From: Candidatus Latescibacterota bacterium
GTDB taxonomy: Bacteria; Latescibacterota; UBA2968; SICM01
DNA: 64,000 nucleotides
Reading direction: 5' to 3'
Assembly: GCA_965217865.1 (NCBI GenBank)
Contig: CBDCJO010000002.1
Span: 2,816,001-2,880,000 of the forward strand
Each line of letters begins with the position of its first letter. The stretch's first letter is position 1. The notes under the pieces are model-generated. The model was not told the origin of the DNA, made no database searches, and saw only the letters and a program-made list of their open reading frames with translations. Position numbers and translations under genes: made by a program. Of the stretch, positions 52,750 through 63,323 are shown one piece after another.

Positions 52750-53526
52750 ATGATCACAAACTCAATTCGACTGACAGAAGATCAACTTGAGACATATCAA
52801 CGTGACGGTTATCTGATCGTCGAGGATCTTGTTTCCTCTGAGGAGGCCGAAGCCCTCCGGAACAGGGTCAGGGAGTATACCCACGGAGACCGGCCGACCG
52901 ATCATCTTCAGGTCGAGATAGAACCGAAAATTCGCCGCGGAGAGCTCGAAGTCGATCACCCCGGGGATGGTATTCGCAAGCTGGGCGGGCTTGTAACGCA
53001 CGACGACCTGTTCCGCAAGCTGGGACTGGAGGGTAATATCGTCGATATCATGGAACAGATTCTGGGGCAGGATCTCAAACTCTTCCGAAACGCCCTGATG
53101 GTGAAGCCCCCCGAGGTCGGCTCCCAGAAAGGCATGCACCAGGACTCCCCCTACTGGCCGATCGAACCGATGGCACTCTGCACGTGCTGGTATGCGATTG
53201 ACGAAGCCACGGTAGAAAACGGATGTATGGGCATCATCCCCGGATGGCATAAGAAAGGACACCTTCCCCACAAGCACGTCACGGACGACTTCGTTGTAGA
53301 CGAAGAGCATTACGACATGAAAGATATGGTCATGGCGCCGCTTCGCCCGGGAAGTGGCCTCTTCTTCCATTCGTTGATGCCCCATTATACCGCTCCAAAC
53401 CGCTCGAAGAACTGGCGGCGAGCCATCGCACTGGCCTACATGTCCGCGAAATCCCGTTATACGAAGGAGGGGGATAAGCCGGAATTCTTCCAGGTAAGAG
53501 GGAAGTCCTATCCTGGATGCGTATGA
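52750..53526 (+). CDS. Phytanoyl-CoA dioxygenase (PhyH) family protein
   Basis: YQRDGYLIV, HQDSPYWP, ATVENGC, HYTAPNRS..WRRA. Confidence 0.88.
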   Translation: MITNSIRLTEDQLETYQRDGYLIVEDLVSSEEAEALRNRVREYTHGDRPTDHLQVEIEPKIRRGELEVDHPGDGIRKLGGLVTHDDLFRKLGLEGNIVDIMEQILGQDLKLFRNALMVKPPEVGSQKGMHQDSPYWPIEPMALCTCWYAIDEATVENGCMGIIPGWHKKGHLPHKHVTDDFVVDEEHYDMKDMVMAPLRPGSGLFFHSLMPHYTAPNRSKNWRRAIALAYMSAKSRYTKEGDKPEFFQVRGKSYPGCV

Positions 53527-53663
53527 ATCCCCGGGTTCTGAATCAATCCGGGATCAACACGAATAGATCTTCTACGGTGGATAGAATAGAACTTGGATTG
53601 TCCTGACCTCCCTCGCTGATCCCCCTTTCAAAAAACCCAACCCCCCTCAATCCCAGGAAAGGA

Positions 53664-54725
53664 ATGACCATGCCAAAAGTCTCTCCGTCCTTTCACGGAT
53701 GGGCCTCCTTGTTGATCCTCTCACTCGTCAGTGCCCCCCTTGCCCTCGCCCAGGGCGAGATGCCGAGCGGAAATCCCGGTATCATCCCACCCGGGGCCAC
53801 ACTGGATACCCTTTTCACAGGGGGATTGGTCCTCACCGAAGGCGTGGCCGCCGGGCACGATGGGATGATCTACTTCAGTGACATCACATTTACATTTATG
53901 GCGGGGGAAAAAGGTGTGGAGGCGGGCCATATCTGGAGATATAACCCGGCTACCGGAGAGGCCGGCGTATTCCGCTCTCCGAGTGGAATGTCAAACGGGA
54001 TTAAATTCGACGCCAAGGGAAGAATGATCGTGGCCGAAGGCGCGGATTTCGGGGGACGCCGTGTTACCAGAACGGATATGGAGACGGGCAAGAGCTATAT
54101 CATCGCAGGTTTCTACGACGGCCGTCGGTTTAACGCCCCGAACGATATCACCATCGACGAAAAGGGACGGATCTACTTTAGCGATCCCCGATACCTCGGA
54201 CACGAACCGCTCGACCAACCCGTGAAGGCCGTCTACCGAATCGATCCCGACGGATCGATCCATCGCATCATCACGGACGCGGGAAAGCCGAATGGAGTGG
54301 CTGTTTCACCGGACCAGAAAACCCTCTACGTCGTGTGCCACGACAATGGAGCCACCGGCTCCGATCGACTTTCCGAAGGAGCCCAAACCTACAGTGGCCG
54401 GATGGCCCTGTTGGCTTACGACCTTGCTCCGGACGGTACAGCGAAATTCAGGGAAACCCTTGTCGACTACGCTCCCGAAGACGGACCCGATGGGCTTGTC
54501 GTAGACGAAGATGGGAATCTCTACGTGGCCGAACGCAGTAAGAAACGTCCGGGGATCGCCGTCCGTTCACCAAAGGGAAAAGAGCTCGCGTTCATCCAGA
54601 CCGAGATCCCGACCAATGTCGGATTCGGCCGCGGCGAAGAAAGCAAAACCCTCTACATCACAGCGGGTAAAAGCCTTTACCGTATCAAGCTGCTGAAGAA
54701 GGGCTACCACCTGCCGCCGGAGTAA
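53664..54725 (+). CDS. SMP-30/gluconolactonase family protein, secreted
   Basis: Signal peptide; TEG, SNG, PNDI, YFSDP, PNG, PDGL. Confidence 0.9.
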   Translation: MTMPKVSPSFHGWASLLILSLVSAPLALAQGEMPSGNPGIIPPGATLDTLFTGGLVLTEGVAAGHDGMIYFSDITFTFMAGEKGVEAGHIWRYNPATGEAGVFRSPSGMSNGIKFDAKGRMIVAEGADFGGRRVTRTDMETGKSYIIAGFYDGRRFNAPNDITIDEKGRIYFSDPRYLGHEPLDQPVKAVYRIDPDGSIHRIITDAGKPNGVAVSPDQKTLYVVCHDNGATGSDRLSEGAQTYSGRMALLAYDLAPDGTAKFRETLVDYAPEDGPDGLVVDEDGNLYVAERSKKRPGIAVRSPKGKELAFIQTEIPTNVGFGRGEESKTLYITAGKSLYRIKLLKKGYHLPPE

Positions 54726-54865
54726 GGAATTTTCAGTCTTAAATCCTCAATCTTAAACCAGTAGTGTCCGGTTAAGGTTTCGGTGGTTCTTTGTAACCAT
54801 CTGAGTGAAACCTACTTGCGGGAATATTTGTCTGTTTTCGATTTCAATTCGTTCCTACGCCTTCA

Positions 54866-56575
54866 ATGACTTTAGTCGACTGGTTGTTGGTCATCGTGAT
54901 CAACGGAGGTATCGTCCTCTACGGGCTCACCGTTTTCAAGGGAAAACGAGAGAGCTTCGATTGGTACCTGGCCGCAAAATCCATGCCCTGGTGGGCCGTG
55001 GGCTTGTCAGCCTTCGGAACCGCGGTGGACAGCGGAGATTATGTTGGGATCGTCGGTGGGTCATACAAGCTCGGGTTGTCCCAGCTCTCTCAGTGGTGGC
55101 TTGGAATCGCAGTCGGGTGGTTCGTTCTGGCTTTCTTCGTGATCGTTCCGATGTACCGATCCGGAGTGTTCACAAACGCGGAATGGTTGGAATTTCGCTT
55201 CGGACCATCGGTCCGCATCCTGGCTGTCCTGATCAATATTCAATCCCGCACCAATGTGTTGGGTAATATCTTTTTTTCCCTTTTTCTGGTCCTCAACATT
55301 GTCGGTGGGCTCGACGCAGCCAGGAGCTGGCCCATCGTTGTGGGCATAGCCTTTACAGCGATCCTGTACATTGTCAGAGGCGGGTTGAAGGCGGGGGTCT
55401 TTACAGACGCGATGCAGAGCATCGCCATGATCGTGGCCTCATTCGTGCTCTGGGGAATTGTCTGGGCAAACACTGGCGGTTGGGAGGGCTTGAGTCAAAA
55501 GCTTGCGGCCGTGGATCAGGAGCTCCCGGGAACGCTTCTGCACGTTGGCGGATATTCACCCCGCGATGGCGTTTCTCCTATCGTGGTCGTACTCAGCTTT
55601 ATCGTCGTGTTGACAACCTATGTGTTGATCAATCAGTATGAAGCCATTCGTTTCCTGGGTGCGCGGTCCGAATGGGATTTCAAAATGGCTGCGCTTGTGG
55701 CAAGTGCGGCCACGGCGATATGCCTCTGGTTCAACGTCAGTATGGGGCCCCTCTCAAGGGCGGACTTTCCCGGTCTGGAAACGATCGATCAAGCCTACCC
55801 CCTGATGGTCAAGAAGTACCTGCCTCCCGGCCTCACCGGTTTGGTCATTGCCGGCCTGTTGGCGGGGGGATATTCAACGTTCGACTCGATCGGAATCGGA
55901 ATCTCCAGCCTTTTTGTTCGGGACATCTACGCTCGTTTCATCGTGAAACACGGGACGGATGCCCACTATACCCGAGTGGGCAGGATCTCAGTGCCGTTCA
56001 TCATCGCCCTCGGTTTCGCCTACGTGCCCTTTATTCAAAAAGGAATGCTCCTGTTTTACCTGCGGTTGGCGGGAGCCATCGCCGTTCCCCTGATGACCGT
56101 GATCCTCATGGGGGTTTTTACAAGGGTGCATCGAGGGGCGGGGATCGTCGGGCTCCTGGTGGGACTGACTTACGGGGCATCCGCGATCCTTGGAGATTTC
56201 AACGGTTGGGACCTGCCCACCTGGTACACGAATACCTGGTGGGCCTACCTCTGGAACCTTGTCCTGCCTGCGGGGAGCATGTTGATCTTTTCGAAGCTGC
56301 TGGACGTCTTTCGGGGACCTGTTCAGGAGGAAGAATTAAAGGGTTTGATTTATGCCCGACATGAGATCACGGGAGATATTAGGAAACTGATGTCTGGACG
56401 TTTAAAGGTGTTGGAAGGAACCTGGTTGCAGAAAACCCTTCGGGAAGCCCCGGTGAGGCCTGAGTATCCCTTCAAGGTGCCGGAGACCGGTCTCCCGTGG
56501 TTTCAAAAACCCGGCTTGTGGGTCTTCGTCTATCTGGTCGTGGTCTGCTATCTCCTCTTCGGGCTTCTCTGGTAG
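54866..56575 (+). CDS. Sodium:solute symporter family protein
   Basis: About 13 TMs; MPWWAVGLS, EWLEFRFG, GGLKAGVFTD.MQ, LPPGLTGL. Confidence 0.9.
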   Translation: MTLVDWLLVIVINGGIVLYGLTVFKGKRESFDWYLAAKSMPWWAVGLSAFGTAVDSGDYVGIVGGSYKLGLSQLSQWWLGIAVGWFVLAFFVIVPMYRSGVFTNAEWLEFRFGPSVRILAVLINIQSRTNVLGNIFFSLFLVLNIVGGLDAARSWPIVVGIAFTAILYIVRGGLKAGVFTDAMQSIAMIVASFVLWGIVWANTGGWEGLSQKLAAVDQELPGTLLHVGGYSPRDGVSPIVVVLSFIVVLTTYVLINQYEAIRFLGARSEWDFKMAALVASAATAICLWFNVSMGPLSRADFPGLETIDQAYPLMVKKYLPPGLTGLVIAGLLAGGYSTFDSIGIGISSLFVRDIYARFIVKHGTDAHYTRVGRISVPFIIALGFAYVPFIQKGMLLFYLRLAGAIAVPLMTVILMGVFTRVHRGAGIVGLLVGLTYGASAILGDFNGWDLPTWYTNTWWAYLWNLVLPAGSMLIFSKLLDVFRGPVQEEELKGLIYARHEITGDIRKLMSGRLKVLEGTWLQKTLREAPVRPEYPFKVPETGLPWFQKPGLWVFVYLVVVCYLLFGLLW

Positions 56576-56693
56576 CTTGTTCCGGATTAGCGCGGCCGGG
56601 AACACTGCAACTCATCAAGGATAGCTTTCACCATCGAAGGATCGGACTGCTAACCGCCTTTTTGATACGGGTCACCCCCCGACTTTTTGAGCT

Positions 56694-56891
56694 ATGGAAA
56701 ACTCAGAAGACACCAGAAGAACGCACCAGTTCGAAAGAATCTACACCCTCCTCCTCTTATGGCTGGTCGCAGGCCTTCTCCTGATCTCCATCCTTTACAC
56801 CTCAGCGCTCTGGTGGGTGAAAGTCCTGATCGCTTCCGTCCTCATCATCATCGGCGCCTTTTTCGCCCGCAGCTATTGGCGTGAGCGATAA
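56694..56891 (+). CDS. Small two-TM membrane protein
   Basis: Two hydrophobic segments, 65 aa. Confidence 0.55.
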   Translation: MENSEDTRRTHQFERIYTLLLLWLVAGLLLISILYTSALWWVKVLIASVLIIIGAFFARSYWRER

Positions 56892-57096
56892 CCTTTCCGA
56901 CTCGCCTTCCAAAATTCCCCCCCGATCCCTTACGATTCCCCCCCGGAATCCCCACATACGATACCCAGAAAAATCAGAAAACTGAGGTCCAGGTTCAAAA
57001 AACCGATAGGGCGATAGTCATCCCCGCTTTTTTGAGAAACGCCTTACGAGGTTGTTTATCAATCACATAGAAGATCGGATATCGGCATATTTCCAA

Positions 57097-57113
57097 CTGG
57101 CACAGCGATTGCA
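57097..57113 (+). promoter_or_regulatory. Sigma-54 (-24/-12) promoter
   Basis: CTGGCACAGCGATTGCA, about 50 bp upstream of an AGGAGG RBS and ATG 57165. Confidence 0.75.
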
Positions 57114-57164
57114 AGGGTAAAGACTGGAAGGCGAAACCGAATCAAGAATCCTTTCAGCAGGAGG

Positions 57165-58280
57165 ATGAAAACCATGAAAATCCTACTCGCTCCTTTCGCC
57201 GTTGTGCTGATGTCTTTTTTTGGATGCGGAAAGGGCGTCCTCAATTCCTCACCAGAGGCGGACGGACTTCCCAGCACGATTCGAACCGATACCAGAACGA
57301 TCGCGTTTGAACACCTTGCCGGAGGAGATTCTCATACAGCTTCCCTCGAAGGACCGGCCTTGTTCGTTGCGGGAAATCCATCCGAGATCACCTCCTTCAC
57401 AGGGATGTTAAAAGATCCCGAGCTTGTTCGCCGGATTGGCGACACGGATTTCGATAATAACTGGGTCGTCGCGATCTTTCGCGGAATGGTAAGCACCGGT
57501 GGACACGGGATCCGGGTGAAGGAAATTGAAAAAGAAAATGAAACCCTGAAAGTCGCAGTCGACCTCAGCGACCCCGAACCCGATCAGTTTGTTATTCAAG
57601 TGATATCCTATCCCTTCCATATCATCACGATTCCGAAAAAGGACCTCATCGTAACCGGAGAAACAACCTGGTCTGTCGTTCGAACAAGAGGGACCCCCCT
57701 CGCACCCATCATCGATCCCATCGTTAAAGCCGACGATCCAGATGTGACGATTCTCCTGCCTGGAGGAGATTCAGGTCAAGGTGGGGTAAGAGGGGGATCG
57801 GGTCCTGTTACCGTAGGTGGTAAAGATACTCCTTCGGACCGTGATGGCAACGGAAGGGTTGTTCCAAGAGGCGATTTCCCGGGGGATACCGAACCGGTGG
57901 ATCCTGATAAACCGGATCCCCTGCCCAGGCCGACAGAGCCTGATGACGTTCCAACAGGGGGTACCGAAACCCCCGGGGTGAAAGCGGATATCAGGGGGGC
58001 GATCACAAAAATGACACCATCCGGAGAGGACGGATTGAGCAAGGGTATTGTTGGCGCCGTCTTGATTGAAGGGAAGATCGAGAAAGATACGGGCTTCGAC
58101 AGGGCATTTGTAGAAATTACCAGAGGAACTCTAATCTTAAAAAAAGAAGGTGAAGAATTCCGAAAGGTGTCTTTTGAATCGCTCAAGATCGGACAGGAGA
58201 CGCAAGCCGTCTTCACGGGGCCGGTAAGGGAATCCTATCCCGTGCAGGCCACGGCCCGCGAGTTTATAATATTGAACTGA
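57165..58280 (+). CDS. Lipoprotein with PrcB C-terminal-like domain, Pro/Gly linker and YobA/DUF3221-like domain
   Basis: Lipobox FFGC; 'STGGHGIRV...QVISYPFHII'; 'FTGPVRESYPVQATA'. Confidence 0.75.
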   Translation: MKTMKILLAPFAVVLMSFFGCGKGVLNSSPEADGLPSTIRTDTRTIAFEHLAGGDSHTASLEGPALFVAGNPSEITSFTGMLKDPELVRRIGDTDFDNNWVVAIFRGMVSTGGHGIRVKEIEKENETLKVAVDLSDPEPDQFVIQVISYPFHIITIPKKDLIVTGETTWSVVRTRGTPLAPIIDPIVKADDPDVTILLPGGDSGQGGVRGGSGPVTVGGKDTPSDRDGNGRVVPRGDFPGDTEPVDPDKPDPLPRPTEPDDVPTGGTETPGVKADIRGAITKMTPSGEDGLSKGIVGAVLIEGKIEKDTGFDRAFVEITRGTLILKKEGEEFRKVSFESLKIGQETQAVFTGPVRESYPVQATAREFIILN

Positions 58281-58349
58281 TCTACTCAGGATCCTCTGTT
58301 TCGAATCGGGTGCGGGAAGGGTGGACCTGAAAGCTGATCGGATCGAACC

Positions 58350-58381
58350 GCCCCGGAGGCACAATTCTTCGGGGCTTTTTT
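58350..58381 (+). terminator. Intrinsic terminator
   Basis: gccccggag/cttcggggc stem followed by T6. Confidence 0.65.
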
Positions 58382-58559
58382 CCAATATTTGATTTATATT
58401 ATAGTTTATGTGGTGTGGTCGTGAAATCTCCCTGGAATTTCTCATTCTGCTTTAGATCGGCTTCCGCCCGGATGCCTCGGCACAATCCAAAGGGTCCGCC
58501 TACAGCCCAAAATGGTGAAAGAAAAAATCAACGAAAAAAGGAGCCCAGGCGGGGACATC

Positions 58560-60035
58560 ATGCTCAGGAAGGAGGTGAATCCCGAAAGGAAACCTCGCGG
58601 AAGGATCGGGCGAAAGCTTGTCGTGACATTCGTTTTTTTCGTTCTGTTGGTGATCGGCGGTACGGGCTGGGCTTTCCACGACCTCACGCAGCGCAGCCTC
58701 GACCGGCAAATGAGCGAGCGGCTCCTGGCCGTGGCGCGGCTGGTCGCAGGCGGTCTCGACGGCGATCTGGTTCGCCGATTGCGGCCGGGCGATGAGGGAT
58801 TCAGGGTTTACGGGATCCTCACCAACCGGCTCCGAACAGCTAAGGAGGAGGTCGGCGCCCGAAGGATCTACGTTTTCGACCGCCAGGGAAGAAGCCTTTT
58901 GGACACCGAGCAGGGAACTCCCGTCGGACGGGAGTTCGCACGGCTCAGATTTCAAAGAGCGGAGCTTTCTTCGCTGTGGAAGGGTCAAGCGGCCCATTCG
59001 ATCCTGTTTCAAGGTGAGGATGGGGTCTTCTACAAGTCCGGATATGCACCGGTCTTTATCGACGATGAAGTGGTCGCCGGTGTCGGGGTGGACATCGGCG
59101 CTGCTCTCCTTGAGACCATTCAGACGTTTCAGCGATCCATCCTGATCTTCGGCGGGATCAGTGTTGCTTTGACCGTCGTCATTGGGCTGGTCCTCGCTCG
59201 ATCGATTACCCTTCCGATTCACCGTCTGGTCAAGGCTGCCCGGGACATCGGCAGGGGAAATCTGAAGCGGGAGGTGGATACCTCCTCAAGGGATGAGCTG
59301 GGATACCTCGGTGAGTCGATGGAGGAGATGCGTCGAAAGATCCTTGATCGAGACGCGCAGCTCCGGCAGATGCTCGGGGGCGTCGCCCACGAAATTCGGA
59401 ATCCTCTGGGGGGTATCGAAATCTATGCCGGACTGATCGCAGACGATCTCCCAGATGAAGACCCGCGAAAAACTCATATCCGAAAGGTCATCGGTGAAGT
59501 AAAAACCCTCAACCGGATCATCACGGAGTTTCTCGATTTTGCAAGGCCCACCCAACCCCGGCCGGAAGCCGCATCCGTCTCCCGTTTGGCCGAGGAGACC
59601 TCGTTTCTCCTCGGACCTGAGATGGAAACCGTGGGTGTCCGATATGAACAGGTCGTCCCCAGCGACCTCCGGATCAAGGCGGATTCGGAACAGGTAAAGC
59701 GGTCCCTGCTTAACCTGATGAAGAACGGGATTCAGGCGATGCAAGATGGAGGTTCCTTGACCCTTAAGGCTCGGGAGTCCGGTGACCGGGTAGTCATCGA
59801 GGTGAGTGACACCGGTTCCGGGATGACCCCGGAGGTGAGGGGGAGACTCTTCGAACCTTTCTTTACGACAAAGCAAAAAGGAGCGGGCCTGGGACTCGCC
59901 ATGGTACAAAAAATCTCGGAGGAGAACGGGGGGTGGGTAGAGGTGGAGACGGAGGCGGGAAAAGGAACGGTATTTAGATTGACATTACCTCGCGCGGAAG
60001 ATAACAGGGGCCAGACGCCGGGGGCTGGGGATTAG
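58560..60035 (+). CDS. HAMP-domain sensor histidine kinase
   Basis: Two TMs, HAMP, 'VAHEIRNPL', 'FEPFFTTK..GAGLGL'. Confidence 0.92.
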   Translation: MLRKEVNPERKPRGRIGRKLVVTFVFFVLLVIGGTGWAFHDLTQRSLDRQMSERLLAVARLVAGGLDGDLVRRLRPGDEGFRVYGILTNRLRTAKEEVGARRIYVFDRQGRSLLDTEQGTPVGREFARLRFQRAELSSLWKGQAAHSILFQGEDGVFYKSGYAPVFIDDEVVAGVGVDIGAALLETIQTFQRSILIFGGISVALTVVIGLVLARSITLPIHRLVKAARDIGRGNLKREVDTSSRDELGYLGESMEEMRRKILDRDAQLRQMLGGVAHEIRNPLGGIEIYAGLIADDLPDEDPRKTHIRKVIGEVKTLNRIITEFLDFARPTQPRPEAASVSRLAEETSFLLGPEMETVGVRYEQVVPSDLRIKADSEQVKRSLLNLMKNGIQAMQDGGSLTLKARESGDRVVIEVSDTGSGMTPEVRGRLFEPFFTTKQKGAGLGLAMVQKISEENGGWVEVETEAGKGTVFRLTLPRAEDNRGQTPGAGD

Positions 60036-60110
60036 GGTCCCACCAAAATAAGATCGGTGCTGGGGTTCCCCGGACCCCGACCTCTGACCCCTGACATCTG
60101 CTTTTATGAT

Positions 60111-61461
60111 ATGAGTCGAATCCTGATCGTAGAAGACAACGAAACCATGCGGACCGGGATTGCCCTTGTGGTTGAACGAATGGGCCACGAACCCGTGCCG
60201 GTGGCCAGCGGTCCGAAAGGCTGGGTCGGATGCGTGAGGAGGCATTCGACCTCGTCATCACCGACTACCGCATGGCCGAAATGGACGGCCTTGCGGTTTT
60301 GGACGCGGTGAAACAGGACCATCCTGACACGGACGTGATATTGATTACCGCTTATGGAACGGTCGAAATTGCTGTGGCGGCTATGAAAAATGGTGCGGTC
60401 GACTTTGTTTCCAAGCCCTTTTCTCCTGACGAGCTGCGCCTTAAGTTGGCGAAGGTCCTGGAATTCCGAGAGACCCGGCAGGCTCGAGAAAAATTGACCG
60501 ATGAGAACCGTTACCTGCGTGAAGAGATCGAGGGACGGTTCAACTTTGGCGAGATGGTAGGACAGTCCGCGCAGATGAAAGAGGTATTTTCGACGATACA
60601 GAAAGTGGCCGCGAGTGAATCGTCTGTGTTGATATATGGAGAGAGTGGGACCGGCAAAGAACTGGTTGCGAGAGCAATTCACGGCAATAGCCCCCGGCGG
60701 GAAGGACCTTTCGTAAAGGTGAACTGCGGGGCCCTTCCCAGGGAGCTTGTCGAAAGCGAGCTCTTTGGCCACGAAAAAGGAGCTTTCACGGGGGCCGTCC
60801 GTCAAAGAAAAGGGAAGTTTGAGCTTGCGGAAGGAGGCACGATCTTTTTAGACGAAATCGGAGACCTTCCGATCGAGACCCAGGTCAACCTGCTGCGGGT
60901 CCTTCAGGAGAAGACCTTAACGGCCGACGTTCGCGTTGTCGCCGCGACAAACAGACCTTTGAAAGAAATGGTTTCCGAGGGCAACTTCCGGGAGGACCTC
61001 TTTTACAGACTGGAAGTCATCCCGATTCTGCTTTCCCCCCTGCGGGAAAGGAAGGAGGACACGACTTGGTCGCGCACTTCGTGGAGAAGAAATGCAAGGA
61101 GATGAATCGCCCGATAAACCGTATCACACCGGAGGCCATGAAAGCGCTTTCAAATTATGGCTGGCCGGGAAACGTTCGGGAGCTCGAAAACGTGATTGAA
61201 CGGACGATCGTTCTATCGGATGGTGAGGAGATCGATCTGAATGACCTTCCCCTGATGATGGATGCGGATCCCGACAGGAACTCCCACAGGGAGTTGCCTG
61301 GAGGTGAAACCGGGCTGAACAGAACGCTCGATGATTTGGAAAAACAGCTCATAAAGCAGGCCATGGAAAAGTGTGGGGGCGTCAAAGCGAGGGCGGCACA
61401 AACCCTGGGCATCAAGACCAGCGCCCTCTACTACAAGCTCGAAAAATACGGATTGGGATGA
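60111..61461 (+). pseudogene. NtrC-family sigma-54 response regulator with two frameshifts and an internal deletion
   Basis: [33 protein letters not shown], Fis HTH; shifts at ~60220 and ~61062; 'LQEKT^LTADVR' lacks the usual RVGG segment. Confidence 0.88.
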
Positions 61462-61534
61462 AGCCCTTCACCCCCTTCCCTCCCCAAACTCGGAACCTGA
61501 GCGCGATCTGGTTTTTGGCCGCCCAATCGAAGCT

Positions 61535-61646
61535 ACATCCTGAGCCCTTCGGCAAGCTCAGGATAAACTCCGCGGCGGTTTCAGCCGCGTAGTCGAAGGA
61601 TCACATCCAGAGCGGAGCGGCGCCCCAGCGCTGCGGAGACGAAGGA
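61535..61646. repeat. Tandem nested palindromic repeat (acatcc.gagc...g.cgaagga twice)
   Basis: Units 61535-61600 and 61603-61646 with internal hairpins atcctgagc/gctcaggat, cgcggc/gccgcg and agcg/cgct. Confidence 0.7.
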
Positions 61647-61651
61647 CAGTT

Positions 61652-62683
61652 ATGAAATCGATCCCAAACAGAATCGCGATCCTCCTCCTCTCTTTCTCCG
61701 TGCTCTACCCTTGGAACGCGATCGCCGACCCTTTGGAAATCTCCAAAACCGAAGCCGACCGCGCCCGGCTTGAATCCGTTCGGGATTCCCTGTTGACACA
61801 ACGGGCATTTCTGGTCGCTCGGGCGGACAGCCTCTCCGTCCGCATCGACAGCCTCAAACGGCGATAAGAAAAAACGGCCGCGTCTGCCGAGCTCCGGAAA
61901 GGACTTCGACGCTCAATCGACTTGGCCGGCAAAATTGAATCCACCGACCTCCGGATTGAGCAAGTTCTGAAACAATTGAGAGATGTCCGGGAAAGCCTCC
62001 GCACATCCTATAGTCATCTTATCGAAGAACTCACACAACGCCTGGAACGAACCCCGAATGACACCCTGATTCGCCAGTTGGGAGCATATCAAAGAGCCAG
62101 GAAGGCGATCGAACGGGACCCTGTTGTGCACGATATTGGGGTTGAATCGGAAATCTTAATTCGTCGGGACGATGGCCCTAGAGAGATCCGCAGGAAAGCG
62201 GAATTGATCGAGGATAGAGCCGCCCGGCTGGCCACCCAGGCCTCAGGCATGGATGATCGTTTGGAAGAGTTGGAAACCGAGCAGCGGCTTCGCACACGAA
62301 TGAGAGATTTCGCGCAGGAGATAGGGCTTTTCGATGAGTACCTCCCCGAGGGACGAGCGCTATCCGCAGCGGAACAAGAGACTGGAGTCACACCATCTTC
62401 TCCCACCGAAGGAGCCGGTCGGGATCAACCCCCGACTTTTGAAGTCGAAAGGTCAGAGGGGGCCACCGGGGGGTTGATCGGTGGGTTGTCATCGGTTGGA
62501 AAAGAAGTCACCCGCCAAGAGAGAACCCTGTCACCGGAGGAATTCGCTTCTGACGACCTCGCGTTGGAAATCCAGCGGCTCCAGGCGCTGCGGAAGGACC
62601 TCCAGGAGCGGGAGCAGCTGCTCCTGGACCGCGCCAAAGCCTTTCAGGAACAACTCCGGCAATTGCTTGAGGAGAAAGATTGA
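61652..62683 (+). pseudogene. Secreted coiled-coil protein with in-frame TAA (61865-61867)
   Basis: 61652..61867 and 61922..62683 are in the same frame; signal peptide. Confidence 0.65.
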
Positions 62684-62973
62684 GGGCCCCTGGCCAGAGC
62701 TACTGGACGATCCTTCTATTCGGATTGATCGGATATCCCCATTCCCTGCAAGGCTGTGGACCTTCGTGCTGTGGTCGGATTGGAATACGATGACAACCCG
62801 TTTGAAAGCTCCTCCAAAAAATAAGAGTCCGGGCTGGTCAACAGGTTCTTCGTGGCAACATCCGGGCATCTCCTTAAACGTCCTGGGGGAGGTCTTCATC
62901 TCGGGTATCAGGGGGGTGTAAAGCGCATATGGCGGGAGGACCCACAAACACAGGGGACCTTCGGGGACGTAGT
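62680..62973 (+). pseudogene. 5' fragment of a probable outer-membrane beta-barrel protein
   Basis: Signal-like start, then 'AVVGLEYDDNPF' and alternating beta-strand pattern across frameshifts; cut at the IS110 remnant. Confidence 0.4.
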
Positions 62974-63323
62974 CATGGCCACCACCATCCGATCCGGCCC
63001 GCAATCTTTGATGCGTCGCTCCAGATGCTGCCAGAGGGTATGGTCATATCCCGCTCGCGTCACGGGGAATGAGAAGGCCCCGCCTTGCTGAAGTCCGGAG
63101 GGATCGAGCACCGACCCGCTGTGTTTTTCCTTGCCCGGATCGATCCCGAGGACGAAATTCTGGGAGATGGCCTGTCGTTTAAGGTGGAAGATTTTCGACT
63201 TCATCGTATACCTCCAGCGTTGAGGGTTGAGTTTGCTTGCGCTTGCCGAATCTTAAGACACCTTGCCTTGCAAGGGAAGATTCAGCCCCTCAACGCTGTT
63301 TTTTCCTCCTTTACTCAATATAG
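62974..63323 (-). mobile_element. IS110-family remnant: DEDD recombinase N-terminus plus structured 5' non-coding end
   Basis: 'VLGIDPGKEKH...MVVAM' (63204 to ~62974), GGAGG RBS; 12-bp inverted repeat 63215-63226 / 63287-63298. Confidence 0.75.

Noticed and set aside
54761-54800. Possible IS end remnant (tagtgtccggttaag)
   Set aside because: No partner inverted repeat, target duplication or transposase fragment
54794-54807. 14-bp match (taaccatctgagtg) to 6592-6605 on the minus strand
   Set aside because: A match of this length is expected by chance in 64 kb, and the flanks differ
12902-61867. Stop-codon reassignment or readthrough to explain in-frame stops
   Set aside because: The stops are a mix of TAA, TAG and TGA, all also used as normal terminators, and they co-occur with frameshifts and IS insertions
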